The translations under genes and the position numbers were made by a program. This document shows, in pieces, positions 1 through 12,003 of a stretch of DNA of 64,000 bases (within the stretch, counting starts at the first letter, position 1; each line of letters opens with the position of its first letter). Source of the DNA: an uncultured bacterium (GTDB lineage: Bacteria; Patescibacteriota; Minisyncoccia; UBA6257; 2-01-FULL-56-20); assembly GCA_963718575.1 (NCBI GenBank), contig OY970358.1, forward strand, positions 805,528 to 869,527, written 5' to 3'. Below the pieces are notes generated by a model. The model did not search any database. It was not told the origin of the DNA and was given only the letters and a program-made list of their open reading frames with translations.

Positions 1-2522
<2,522 letters not shown>

Positions 2523-2536
2523 ATATGAAAATAAAA

Positions 2537-2560
2537 AGCCGGATCCTTGCGAATCCGGCT
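2537..2560. terminator. Hairpin AGCCGGAT-N8-ATCCGGCT between convergent genes; T-run on minus strand
   Basis: A perfect 8-bp stem. On the minus strand it is followed by TTTTTATTTT, making it a terminator for the minus-strand gene that ends at 2588. Confidence 0.5.
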
Positions 2561-2587
2561 GTGTTCTGTGAAGGTTGTAACCCCTCC

Positions 2588-3346
2588 TTATGGGTTATAC
2601 CATTGTTCGTCCATTGCTCCCCCTGGTAGTAACGCGGTGCCTACTTCTTTGTCGGTAGAGGCGTTATTCTTGTAGGTCAAGTAAAAGTCTCCGTATGCCT
2701 TCCAAAGATTCAGGCCGGTGGCTAATTTTTTTAGTCTCGTGCCGCCCGCTTTATGAAGCAGGGCGCTCGTGCCGAGAACGGCCATGGTGTAACCAAGATT
2801 TGCCGATACAACCCCGACAGTGTTGCGATTATTGATCCCCAAAAGCTTCACCGCCCATCCGGTTTCAACAAAGTTATCCGGGAAGTAGGAGTAGTACCAC
2901 TGGCCACAATCGCCGTAAGTCAACACTCCATTATTCAGCGCCCCACATGTGAGACGGTAGCGAACATGTTGGGGCCATTCCATGAATCGCAGTGTCGAGC
3001 GCATATCCCTATAAAATCCGACCACGAGGGCCACTTGCGAACTGTGGTACATGATTGATTCGCTGAGACTCTCTTTCGGTTTCTCCGGCGTTGGCCTTTT
3101 AAAGGCCGCGGCGAAAAGAGGCGCGTTTACCAATTCCATACCGCTTGAGTAGTTCGCTACTGGGTTGTCGGGCAATACCACTGCCGCGACGTTTGTCGGC
3201 GGCGCGCTTTGCCCGGGGAGCATCCCCGGAAAAAACGCGATGAGCAGGCAGGTGAAAAACAATCCGAACGCGCAGCCTCTCGCCCATGTTCTTTTGTGAG
3301 CGAACACTATCGCGTTGTCGATTCGATCAGAAATCCATTGCTCCAT
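2588..3346 (-). CDS. Hypothetical secreted/membrane-anchored protein
   Basis: 252-aa ORF with an N-terminal hydrophobic segment (CAFGLFFTCLLIAFFPGMLP). No recognisable catalytic motif. Confidence 0.55.
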   Translation of the reverse strand: MEQWISDRIDNAIVFAHKRTWARGCAFGLFFTCLLIAFFPGMLPGQSAPPTNVAAVVLPDNPVANYSSGMELVNAPLFAAAFKRPTPEKPKESLSESIMYHSSQVALVVGFYRDMRSTLRFMEWPQHVRYRLTCGALNNGVLTYGDCGQWYYSYFPDNFVETGWAVKLLGINNRNTVGVVSANLGYTMAVLGTSALLHKAGGTRLKKLATGLNLWKAYGDFYLTYKNNASTDKEVGTALLPGGAMDEQWYNP

Positions 3347-3555
3347 AAAATAGAACCTCCATGTTGGTTGAATTCGTCAAGCGGGATTTGACCGGGGGGA
3401 TTCCCGGTTCATTAAAGCAACAAAGCTATCTGCGGCCTTAATGAACGGGGAATCTATTGAGTTATTAATGTGCTTTGTTATTGTGACATTATATATGTAT
3501 TATTGTCAAGTATTTGCGTAGGGCGTTCGGGCATGTTTTCTGTTATACTGATCCT

Positions 3556-3830
3556 ATGAAAATCTTCGACAACAAGATCTGGCGGGACGGAGAAAAAGTG
3601 GGGTGGATCGACGGCAATCACGTCCGTGACCACGGCGACCAAAAACTCGGTTATTTTCAGAATAATATCGTCTATAACATGGAAGGACGCAAAGTGGCGT
3701 ATATCCTTGAGAATGAGCTGAGGTTCGAGAATGGCGGCGAATCGATCCGGTTGGAACATATCAATCAGGAGATAGAAGGGACCGCGCCGTTGCTTGAGAA
3801 GTGTGCGGTGCACGTGCTGATGGAAGATTA
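3556..3830 (+). CDS. Small hypothetical protein (about 91 aa)
   Basis: ATG at 3556 (MKIFDNKIWRDGEKVGW...). TATACT lies 7 nt upstream, so it may be leaderless. Its stop overlaps the uvrC start. Confidence 0.45.
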
Positions 3831-5168
3831 ATGATAAAAACCTCCGTTCCGTACAAGAAATTTCCCGAAACACCGGGCGTTTATCTTATGAAAGACGCCG
3901 CCGGGCGTATTTTGTATGTCGGCAAAGCGGCGAACTTGCGTCGGCGGGTGTCAAGCTACTTCGAGCGGCCGCACGACGTGCGCATCCAGACCCTCGTCGG
4001 CAAGATCGCAACGATCGACTTCGAGCAGAAGGATACGGCGCTCGAGGCGCTGATCCGCGAGGCGGAACTCATCAAGGCGCTCACGCCGCCGTTCAATGTG
4101 CGCGAGAAGGATGACAAGAGCTTTTTATATTTCGAGATCACGCGCGAGAAATTTCCGCGCGTGCTATTGGTGCGCGGGAGCGGGGTGATCCATGAAGGCG
4201 GGGACGGCGCGCGTGGCGGCGCGGGTAAGGGTGTCGTCGCCGAGCGAAAGCGCTTCGGGCCGTTCACGTCGGCATCAAGTGCGCGCGAGGCGTTGCGTAT
4301 CCTCAGAAAACTATTCCCGTGGAGCACGCATGATCCCGATGAGATCGGCAGGCTGAAGCGGCCGTGCTTCAATTACGAGATCGGGCTTTGCCCGGGGACG
4401 TGTGTCGGTTTGATCACGCACGAGGATTATATGAGGAACATCGAGCGGTTGAAACTGTTCTTTGAAGGAAAAAAAGCGCGCATTATCCGCGCGATCGAGA
4501 AGGACATGAGGGCGGCGAGCAAGAAGCAGGAATTTGAGCGCGCGGAGGCGTTGCGCCGTCAGATGTTCGCGCTCAAACATATTCGCGATACGGCGCTCAT
4601 TTCCGACAATGAGACGCTCGTGGCGGTCGGTGGCTCGCGCGCGGCGGGAGCCGATGCGATCACCGCGCTTCGCGCGGGATATCGCATCGAGGGCTATGAC
4701 ATTTCGAACATCTCCGGCACGAGCGCCGTCGGCTCGATGGTGGTGTTTGAGGACGGTGCGCCGAATAAAAATGAATATCGCAAGTTTAAGATCCGCAGTA
4801 TTTTCCAGCCGAACGACGTCGGGATGTTGAAAGAAATCTTGGAACGGCGCTTTGCGCACAGCGCCCCCCTCGAGAATGCAGCGGATCCTGCTGCGGGGAA
4901 AATAGCGGCGCGCTGGCCGATACCGGATCTCGTGCTGATCGACGGCGGCCTTGCGCAGGTGAACACCGCGCGCCGCGTCCTGCTCCGCGCCGGCGTCAAG
5001 GTACCCGTCGTCGGCATCGCAAAGGGTCCGAAGCGGGATCGTAATGATATTATAGGCCTCATCCCAAAGGGTGTGCGAAAAGAAACGCTGATCAAGGTGC
5101 GTGACGAAGCACACCGCTTCGCCATTAGCTATCACAAGGTTCTCCGGCGGATTCGTGTCTTCAGCTAA
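3831..5168 (+). CDS. uvrC: Excinuclease ABC subunit C (UvrC), short form lacking C-terminal HhH domain
   Basis: Contains a GIY-YIG motif (GVYLMKDAAGRILYVGKAANLRRRV), a UVR/UvrB-interacting segment (KKQEFERAEALRRQMFALKHI) and an RNase H-like endonuclease region. It ends at RRIRVFS with no (HhH)2. Confidence 0.85.
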   Translation: MIKTSVPYKKFPETPGVYLMKDAAGRILYVGKAANLRRRVSSYFERPHDVRIQTLVGKIATIDFEQKDTALEALIREAELIKALTPPFNVREKDDKSFLYFEITREKFPRVLLVRGSGVIHEGGDGARGGAGKGVVAERKRFGPFTSASSAREALRILRKLFPWSTHDPDEIGRLKRPCFNYEIGLCPGTCVGLITHEDYMRNIERLKLFFEGKKARIIRAIEKDMRAASKKQEFERAEALRRQMFALKHIRDTALISDNETLVAVGGSRAAGADAITALRAGYRIEGYDISNISGTSAVGSMVVFEDGAPNKNEYRKFKIRSIFQPNDVGMLKEILERRFAHSAPLENAADPAAGKIAARWPIPDLVLIDGGLAQVNTARRVLLRAGVKVPVVGIAKGPKRDRNDIIGLIPKGVRKETLIKVRDEAHRFAISYHKVLRRIRVFS

Positions 5169-5185
5169 CAGACCAAAGGGGGTAT

Positions 5186-5767
5186 TTAGTTTGTAATTGT
5201 GATGGGGCCGCTCACCAGATCGCCAAGCCCGTTCCCGTCAAAGTGGATCCGGATGGAATAGGTGCCGGGTACGACATCGAGCTCGTTGGCACCATAACGG
5301 GAAAGGTAGATCGATCGGGCATCCCAGCTGTACGAGGTCTGGTTCGGGCCGGTCTGCGAGAGGATGACGCCAACGAATGCTTTGGTGACGGCATTCACGA
5401 GTTCGATCTCCCCGGTCACGCCCGCAGGGTGGTCCCACGCGATGGGATTCGGCTGGCCGATCGTCCAGGTGTTATTGGAGATAGGTGTGATGAGGTCGAT
5501 GGTGATCGATGGTCCGGGGAGGGTTGGAACGTTTGACGAGCCATTACCGGATGATGGTGACGGCGCGGATGCGCCGCCGGCGGTTGTCGCGCTGCCCGTC
5601 ACCGTCGTGACCGCAGCGGCAGTGCTCGAGCCTGTTGTCCCGGCATTTTCTGCCTGTATGGCGTGCCGATCCGAGGACACGACGATCAGTGCGGTGATGA
5701 GTGCGATGACCGCCAGCCCGCCCCCGATCCACCCCATAAGTTTCCAGCGCACAGGTGCCGTATTCAT
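5186..5767 (-). CDS. Hypothetical membrane-anchored secreted protein with Ser/Thr/Gly-rich linker
   Basis: N-terminal transmembrane segment (GGGLAVIALITALIVVS) followed by low-complexity TTGSSTAAAVTTVTGSATTAGG. Confidence 0.5.
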   Translation of the reverse strand: MNTAPVRWKLMGWIGGGLAVIALITALIVVSSDRHAIQAENAGTTGSSTAAAVTTVTGSATTAGGASAPSPSSGNGSSNVPTLPGPSITIDLITPISNNTWTIGQPNPIAWDHPAGVTGEIELVNAVTKAFVGVILSQTGPNQTSYSWDARSIYLSRYGANELDVVPGTYSIRIHFDGNGLGDLVSGPITITN

Positions 5768-5790
5768 GATTTTATTGTACCATTATCATA

Positions 5791-7452
5791 ATGATCGCCG
5801 ACGACATAAAACAGTTCTTTCACGGGGACGTGGCGGTGGATGAAACGACGCTCACGCACTACAGCCGGGATTATTCGATGTTCAAGGTGCGGCCGCAGGT
5901 GGTGGTCTTTCCGAAGGATGTTGATGACGTAAAAAATCTGGTGAAGTTCGTTGCGCAGAAAAAAGCGGCAGGGGAAGATATCTCGCTCACCGGCCGTTCC
6001 GCAGGAACGGACATGACCGGCGGTCCGCTCAGCCAGAGCATCATCGTTTCGTTCACGAAATACTTCAATCACATCGTCGAGATCGGTTCCGATGAGGCAA
6101 AGGTGGAGCCCGGCGTGTATTTCCGCGATTTTGAGAAGGAGCTTACTGCGCGCGGTCTGCTCTATCCGCCGTATCCCGCGTCGAAGGATCTGTGCGCGCT
6201 TGGCGGAATGGTCAACAATAATTCCGGGGGCGAAAAGACGCTCGCGTACGGGAAGACGGAGGATTTTGTGCAAGCGGTGAACATCGTCCTGGGTGACGGT
6301 GAGGAGCACACCCTATGGCCGCTCTCGGGCGATGCGCTCAAGGCCAAGCTCGCCGAGCAGAGCTTTGAGGGGGATATCTTCCGTTCGCTCTATAAGCTTC
6401 TTGAGGACAATTATGATCTTGTGAAAGCGGCCAAACCGGACGTTTCCAAGAATTCGGCGGGCTACTATTTATGGAACGTGTGGGATCGGACAACCGGAGT
6501 GTTCGACATCACTAAGGTGATCGTCGGTTCGCAGGGGACGTTCGGCATGCTCACCGAGGCAAAGGTGCGCCTCGTGCCGCTGAAGAAGCATTCGCGTCTG
6601 TGCGTGGTCTTTCTGAAAGATCTCGCCCCTGTCGCCGACCTCGTTGAGGCGGTCTTACCGTTCAAACCGGAGAGCATCGAATCGTACGACGACAAGACGC
6701 TTGGATTTGCGGTCAAGCTCTGGCGGCAGGTGATAGGTTCTATGAAGGGCAATATTATCACGCTCGGTCTGCAATTCCTGCCGGAGGCGTGGATGGTGCT
6801 CACCGGCGGTATGCCAAAGATGATCATGCTCGTGGAATTGTGCGGTAATGACGAGAAAGCGCTCACGGCACAATTGGTGGCGTTGGGCGATGCGGTAAAG
6901 AAATTCGCGAAGGCCCACTCCGGCATCCAGGTGTTGGAGCTGAAGAGCGAAAAAGAAGAACAGAAATATTGGACGATCCGACGCCAGAGCTTTGCGCTAT
7001 TACATAACAACACGACCGGCAAAGATACGGCGCCGTTCATCGACGATTTCATTGTAAAGCCTGAATATATGCCGGAGGTCTTACCAAAGGTGAACGCGAT
7101 CCTGGATAAATATAAAGACGATCTTATCTATACGATCGCCGGTCATCCGGGTAATGGCAATTTCCACATCATTCCGCTTATGGATCTCAAGGACGATCGC
7201 GTGAAGGCGCTGATCCCGATCATTTCCGAGGAGGTGTATCGGCTGGTGTTCCAATACAAGGGCTCGATCACTGCGGAGCATAACGACGGCCTGATCCGCA
7301 CGCCATACCTTGAGGAAATGTACGGATCCAAAATTGAGGAGCTCTTCATGGAGACAAAGAAGATCTTCGATCCGTTGAACATCTTCAATCCGGGCAAAAA
7401 AGTGGGCGGGGGTTTGCGGTATAGCGAGGAACATATCGAATCAACGCAATAA
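5791..7452 (+). CDS. FAD-binding oxidoreductase (FAD-linked oxidase / GlcD-D-lactate dehydrogenase-like)
   Basis: N-terminal PCMH-type FAD-binding motifs (VVFPKDVDDVKNLVKF, LTGRSAGTDMTGG, LGGMVNNNSGG) in a 553-aa protein. Confidence 0.8.
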   Translation: MIADDIKQFFHGDVAVDETTLTHYSRDYSMFKVRPQVVVFPKDVDDVKNLVKFVAQKKAAGEDISLTGRSAGTDMTGGPLSQSIIVSFTKYFNHIVEIGSDEAKVEPGVYFRDFEKELTARGLLYPPYPASKDLCALGGMVNNNSGGEKTLAYGKTEDFVQAVNIVLGDGEEHTLWPLSGDALKAKLAEQSFEGDIFRSLYKLLEDNYDLVKAAKPDVSKNSAGYYLWNVWDRTTGVFDITKVIVGSQGTFGMLTEAKVRLVPLKKHSRLCVVFLKDLAPVADLVEAVLPFKPESIESYDDKTLGFAVKLWRQVIGSMKGNIITLGLQFLPEAWMVLTGGMPKMIMLVELCGNDEKALTAQLVALGDAVKKFAKAHSGIQVLELKSEKEEQKYWTIRRQSFALLHNNTTGKDTAPFIDDFIVKPEYMPEVLPKVNAILDKYKDDLIYTIAGHPGNGNFHIIPLMDLKDDRVKALIPIISEEVYRLVFQYKGSITAEHNDGLIRTPYLEEMYGSKIEELFMETKKIFDPLNIFNPGKKVGGGLRYSEEHIESTQ

Positions 7453-7526
7453 AGGCCGTTTCTATTGCCGGAGGGGGCTTTTGCATCTTTAACTTTTCTT
7501 TAACGAGGCCTTGGTATGGTTGATGC

Positions 7527-8504
7527 GTGAGCACGCGCGTACGCACTATTTCCTATTTTCTCTCGATTGTCGCGGTCGCGGTCATCTTTTTCAGTGTCGA
7601 GTTTATCACTGAAAAATACTTCTATCCGAACGACGAGGTGGTGGATATTCTCGCCGCGATCATCGGCGCGCTTTCATTTGCGTGGTGCAGGCGCTTCTTC
7701 GACCGTGTCACTGACCGGATATTTGCCCGCGCTCCGCGTGATGAACGGGCGAAATTCATCTCCGATATTTCCCACGAACTGCAGACGCCGATCGCGATCC
7801 TGCGGGGCAATGTGGAAGTGCTGCAGAGAAGGAGCATTACGGACGCGGAGCGCGCAACGGCCGAGCGGGTGATCCTGACGACGCTCGACGGCATGTCGCG
7901 CCTGATCGGCAACGTGCTTCTCAGCGCAAAGCTTAAGTTTTCCAAAAAGATATCATTCCAAGAAGACGTCGCGATCGGCGCGTTGTTGTGCGAGACTCGC
8001 GAGGACTGTTTGCTTCTGGCGGAAGACAAAGGTATCCGGCTTCTGCTGGAGATCGAGGATTACGATGTCATAGCGGATGGATATCTTTTTGTGCGCGGCA
8101 ATCGCGACCGGTTGAAAGAAGTCCTGTTCAATCTTATCAGCAATGCGCTCAAGCACACCGACGTCGGCGGGGCGATCACGCTGCATGCCGCGCGATCGGC
8201 TGACATGGTGCGCGTCATGGTCGAAGATTCCGGTACCGGCATCGCGCCGAAGGATCTGCCGCATATCTTTGAGCGGTTCTATCGGATAGAAGGCGACGCC
8301 GCGAGCGCGGGCCATGCAATGCCCGGCACGGGCATCGGCCTGAATATCTGCCGGGAGATCGTAGAGGCCCATGGAGGGAGGATCACCGCAGAGAGCGAGC
8401 TGGGCAAGGGGAGCCGATTCATCATTTCCCTGCCGTTATCGGCACCTTCGCCGCCTGGCAAAAGCCCTGCTCCCCCCGGCATTTCTGCTATAATAAATTC
8501 ATGA
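7527..8504 (+). CDS. Sensor histidine kinase (HisKA + HATPase_c), orphan
   Basis: N-terminal transmembrane segment, H-box ISDISHELQTPIAIL, N-box NLISNALKHT, and DSGTGI / GTGIGLNI G-boxes. No response regulator is adjacent. Confidence 0.8.
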   Translation: MSTRVRTISYFLSIVAVAVIFFSVEFITEKYFYPNDEVVDILAAIIGALSFAWCRRFFDRVTDRIFARAPRDERAKFISDISHELQTPIAILRGNVEVLQRRSITDAERATAERVILTTLDGMSRLIGNVLLSAKLKFSKKISFQEDVAIGALLCETREDCLLLAEDKGIRLLLEIEDYDVIADGYLFVRGNRDRLKEVLFNLISNALKHTDVGGAITLHAARSADMVRVMVEDSGTGIAPKDLPHIFERFYRIEGDAASAGHAMPGTGIGLNICREIVEAHGGRITAESELGKGSRFIISLPLSAPSPPGKSPAPPGISAIINS

Positions 8505-9274
8505 ATCAAACCACTATGGCCTCCAAAAAAATCTATCTGCAGGCGTCGTCGGGCGACCTCGTCCTCGATAACGATGGCGCCGGCAGCGATAAAAAATATA
8601 TATTGAAACTGCGCGATCTTCCTGCGAACGAGAAACCGCGCGAGAAGCTCGTGAAGTATGGGCCGTCGGTGCTCTCGCTCGCTGAGCTTTTTGCGGTGGT
8701 ATTGAATGTCGGCACTAAGAAAGAGGAAGTGCTCACAATGTCACGCAGATTGTTAAAAGAATATGGCGACAGCGCGATCGTCAATCAGAAAGATCCAGCG
8801 AAAATTTCCGAACTGCTCGGCATCCCGCTCGGCAAGGCGTGTCAGGTCGTTGCATGCTTTGAGCTCGGCCGGCGATTTTTCAAGGATCAGTCCGGCAAGA
8901 AGCCGCTTACGATCCGTACCGCGAGCCAGGTCTACGCGTACCTTAAAGATATGCAGGATCTCCCCAAAGAACATTTGCGCGGCCTATATCTCGATGCGCA
9001 TTATCAGCTGATCCACGACGAGGTCGTTTCCATCGGTACGCTCACATCGAACATCATCCATCCGCGCGAAGTGTTCCGCCCCGCGCTCGAATACTCCGCG
9101 TCCGCGGTGATCCTCGCGCACAACCATCCCTCCGGCGTTGCGAAGCCGAGCGACGCGGACATTACGATCACGCGGCAGATCGTGGAAGCCGGGCGTATCC
9201 TCGGCATCTCGCTCCTCGATCATGTCATCATTACTAAGAACAAGTTTGAGAGTGTGCCGGTGGAGTACGCATAG
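8501..9274 (+). CDS. radC: RadC-family JAB/MPN domain protein
   Basis: The C-terminus has HNHPSG...SDAD (JAMM-like), with an N-terminal HhH region. The start overlaps the kinase stop (ATGA). Confidence 0.85.
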   Translation: MNQTTMASKKIYLQASSGDLVLDNDGAGSDKKYILKLRDLPANEKPREKLVKYGPSVLSLAELFAVVLNVGTKKEEVLTMSRRLLKEYGDSAIVNQKDPAKISELLGIPLGKACQVVACFELGRRFFKDQSGKKPLTIRTASQVYAYLKDMQDLPKEHLRGLYLDAHYQLIHDEVVSIGTLTSNIIHPREVFRPALEYSASAVILAHNHPSGVAKPSDADITITRQIVEAGRILGISLLDHVIITKNKFESVPVEYA

Positions 9275-9352
9275 AGGAAAGCTCTTTATAAAAGTTAAAA
9301 CTTTAATTAAACAAGTTTTGACAGTAGTCGTGCAATCAAATATACATTAAGT

Positions 9353-9550
9353 ATGATTGCTTTACTTAACTATTTTGGGATAACTCCGAATCAACTTGGA
9401 TCAGTCTTTATTGTCGTGGCCATTTTTGCGTGGGCAGAATGGAAATTTTTTCTTAGAGATATTAACGATCCACTCTCCGTTATATTTACCGTCGCCGCTT
9501 GGACGGTTCGTGATAAGTATAAAAGATATAAGGAGGGAGAAAATAGGTAG
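9353..9550 (+). CDS. Small hypothetical membrane protein
   Basis: 65-aa ORF in an AT-rich spacer. It has a hydrophobic core (VFIVVAIFAWAEW). Weak call. Confidence 0.3.
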   Translation: MIALLNYFGITPNQLGSVFIVVAIFAWAEWKFFLRDINDPLSVIFTVAAWTVRDKYKRYKEGENR

Positions 9551-9593
9551 CTGGCAGATTTAATCCCTTCCATTTTTCTGCTATAATCTCCCC

Positions 9594-10553
9594 ATGGTGG
9601 ATTTCTCGCATCTGACGAAAGCGTATAAAAAGAAGGTAGTCGTGGACGACTTCACCCTCTCTGTGGATGTGCCGATCTTCGGGTTTTTGGGGCAGAACGG
9701 CGCCGGGAAGACGACGATCATGAAGATGATCGTCGGCCTGCTCGAGCCCACGAGCGGCACGATCACGATCGATGGGGCGCTCTCGTCGCACCCGATCTTT
9801 AAGAAGAAGCTAGGCTATATGCCGGAGACGCCGTACTTCTATGAGCGCATGACGGGCATGGAATTTTTGCGATTCTGTGACGAGCTTTTTGATAATAACA
9901 ACAGCGGCGCGAATCCGGCGGCGCGCCGGGCGCATTATGAAGAAATTCTAAAAAAAGTGGGCATTTTTGCCGCGCGCAACGCGGAAATTCGCACGTACTC
10001 AAAAGGCATGCGCCAGCGCCTCGGCTTTGCGCAGGCGCTCGTGAACGATCCGGAATATCTTTTTCTCGACGAGCCGCTCGACGGCCTCGATCCGATCGGC
10101 CGCCGCGAGATGAAGGAGGTGATGCTCACGCTCAAGCACGAGGGCCGCAAAATATTTCTCAATACTCATATTCTTGCCGACGTGGAAGAGATCTGCGAGG
10201 AAGTGGGCGTCGTGCACAAAGGAAAACTTCTCTACGCGGGCAGCGTGAAGGCATTTTGTGCGGGCAAGCCGCTTGAAGAACGTTTCATGGAGGTCGTCGA
10301 GGCGCACGAGAAACACAGAAGTCACGCACATGAGAAACATCTTCATCATCGCAAAGAATACGCTCAAGCTCGAGATCCGCGACAAGATCCTCTACGGTAT
10401 CATCGTGTTCGGCCTGCTCTATATTTTCTTCATGCTCTTTTTGGCGGACCTCGTACTGAAAGAGCCTTCGATGGTCAAGGCGTTCGGATTGACCGGCATC
10501 TATTTCTTCAACGCGATCATCGCGCTCTTCCTTGGCACGACATCGTTCTTTAA
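9594..10553 (+). CDS. ABC transporter ATP-binding protein (probable native stop near 10330; ORF runs on in-frame to 10553)
   Basis: Walker A (GQNGAGKTT), signature motif (YSKGMRQRL) and Walker B (LFLDEP). The last 70 residues or so are His/Arg-rich and overlap the permease start at 10330. A TATAAT sits 6 nt before the ATG. Confidence 0.85.
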   Translation: MVDFSHLTKAYKKKVVVDDFTLSVDVPIFGFLGQNGAGKTTIMKMIVGLLEPTSGTITIDGALSSHPIFKKKLGYMPETPYFYERMTGMEFLRFCDELFDNNNSGANPAARRAHYEEILKKVGIFAARNAEIRTYSKGMRQRLGFAQALVNDPEYLFLDEPLDGLDPIGRREMKEVMLTLKHEGRKIFLNTHILADVEEICEEVGVVHKGKLLYAGSVKAFCAGKPLEERFMEVVEAHEKHRSHAHEKHLHHRKEYAQARDPRQDPLRYHRVRPALYFLHALFGGPRTERAFDGQGVRIDRHLFLQRDHRALPWHDIVL

Positions 10554-11095
10554 GGATGTGGATCGCAAAGTGGTCTACTTTATTCTTTCGAAGCCGGTGT
10601 CGCGCGCGCAATTCCTGCTCGGAAAGTTCTTCGGACTGTGCATGGTGCTCCTGCTTACGAGCGCGATCCTCGGCGTGGCATATGTTGGCGTAGTGCTTTT
10701 TGAGCACGCCGGGTTCGACTGGATCGGGCTTCTCGCCATCGCTTATGCAATTCCTGGAGATGGCGCTCTTCCTCGCATTCGCGATCTTCGTATCCACATT
10801 CGCGAGTTCGCTTCTTTCTATCGTGTACACCTCGGGCGTATTCTTCCTCGGCCACATCGTGAGCCAGCTTGTCTCCGATGCGAAGGCGATCGGCCTCGGC
10901 GGCATCAAATTATTGCTCGTTGAGATCCTCTATTATATCTTCCCGAACCTCGAAAAGTTCGATGCGCGCGACCTCGCGATCCATGCGGTCGCCACGCCGT
11001 GGATCTCATTCGGCCTCGCCGTCGCGTATGCTGCCGTGTATATCATCTTTCTTCTTACTGCCGCAATATGGGTGTTTGATAAGAAAGAAATCTAA
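10330..11095 (+). CDS. ABC-2 type transporter permease with apparent +1 frameshift near 10740
   Basis: Frame 1 (MRNIFIIAKNTL...WIGLLAIAYA) continues into frame 2 (QFLEMALFLAFAIFVSTF...KKEI). Both parts are hydrophobic transmembrane segments. Confidence 0.7.
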
Positions 11096-11106
11096 AAACT
11101 ATCAGG

Positions 11107-11967
11107 ATGACGCGCCTGAATGGTTATATGAAGATAGCGGTACTGGCGTTGTTACTCGCGCTCGTCGCGCTCTTGCAGTTCGAGTACGACGCGACAAAAA
11201 TTACACTTCCGGCGTCGAGCGGGCAGTCCGCGTCGCCGTTCATGGTGCGGCTGATCGATATGGGATTCCATCCCGCGGTGGCATCGTTTCTGTGGGCCAC
11301 CACAATGCCGGAGATCTTGGATGTATGGAATAAAAAATTTGAATTCTTTACCGACCTCGCGTTCGTGAACGCGGTCGATCCGAAACTCAGCTATCCGTAT
11401 GCGTTCGCGGTGCTGACGTTGCCCGCGGTGCCCGCGCAAAACGATCCGCAGGCCGTCGCGCAGGCCGATGCGATCGGTGTGCAGGGGATCGCGAACGGCG
11501 ATCCGGACTGGCGCATCCCGTACTATATGGCGACGAACGAATTCCTCTATGCAAAGGACGACGTGGCCGCGGCGGAATATTATAATCTGGCGGCGAACAC
11601 GCCGGGCGTCCCGCAGTATGCAGAGCGGTTCTCGCTGAACTTTGGCATCGAGACCAATCAGCGCCAGAAGACGGAACAACTTTGGGAGACGATAAAAGAT
11701 TCCACAAACGATCCGGAGACGCAGTTGCGCGCGCAGGCGTACATCGATCACCTGGAGGATTTTGATTATCTGGACGCCGCCGCGGTGCAATATAAAGCGG
11801 CGTTCGGCGTGTATCCCACGTCGACCGCAGAGCTTGTGGCGAAGGGGATCATCCCGTCCGTGCCGGTGGATCCGTTCGGCTTCACCTTCATCTTTGACGC
11901 CGGCGGAAAATCGGCGATCGACCTCAGCAGCATCCCGGCAGATATGACGGCGGATCCGACGCAGTAG
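11107..11967 (+). CDS. Hypothetical secreted protein (signal/TM anchor)
   Basis: N-terminus MKIAVLALLLALVALL. It lies downstream of the ABC pair. Confidence 0.55.
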   Translation: MTRLNGYMKIAVLALLLALVALLQFEYDATKITLPASSGQSASPFMVRLIDMGFHPAVASFLWATTMPEILDVWNKKFEFFTDLAFVNAVDPKLSYPYAFAVLTLPAVPAQNDPQAVAQADAIGVQGIANGDPDWRIPYYMATNEFLYAKDDVAAAEYYNLAANTPGVPQYAERFSLNFGIETNQRQKTEQLWETIKDSTNDPETQLRAQAYIDHLEDFDYLDAAAVQYKAAFGVYPTSTAELVAKGIIPSVPVDPFGFTFIFDAGGKSAIDLSSIPADMTADPTQ

Positions 11968-12003
11968 ATTTTTCCGTCAGTTGGCCATATACTATCTTCT
12001 GTT

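Noticed and set aside
10330-10553. C-terminal 70-aa extension of the ABC ATPase as a genuine domain
   Set aside because: It is His/Arg-rich, lies entirely within the permease gene in another frame, and exceeds typical NBD length. It is more likely read-through from a lost stop or frameshift.
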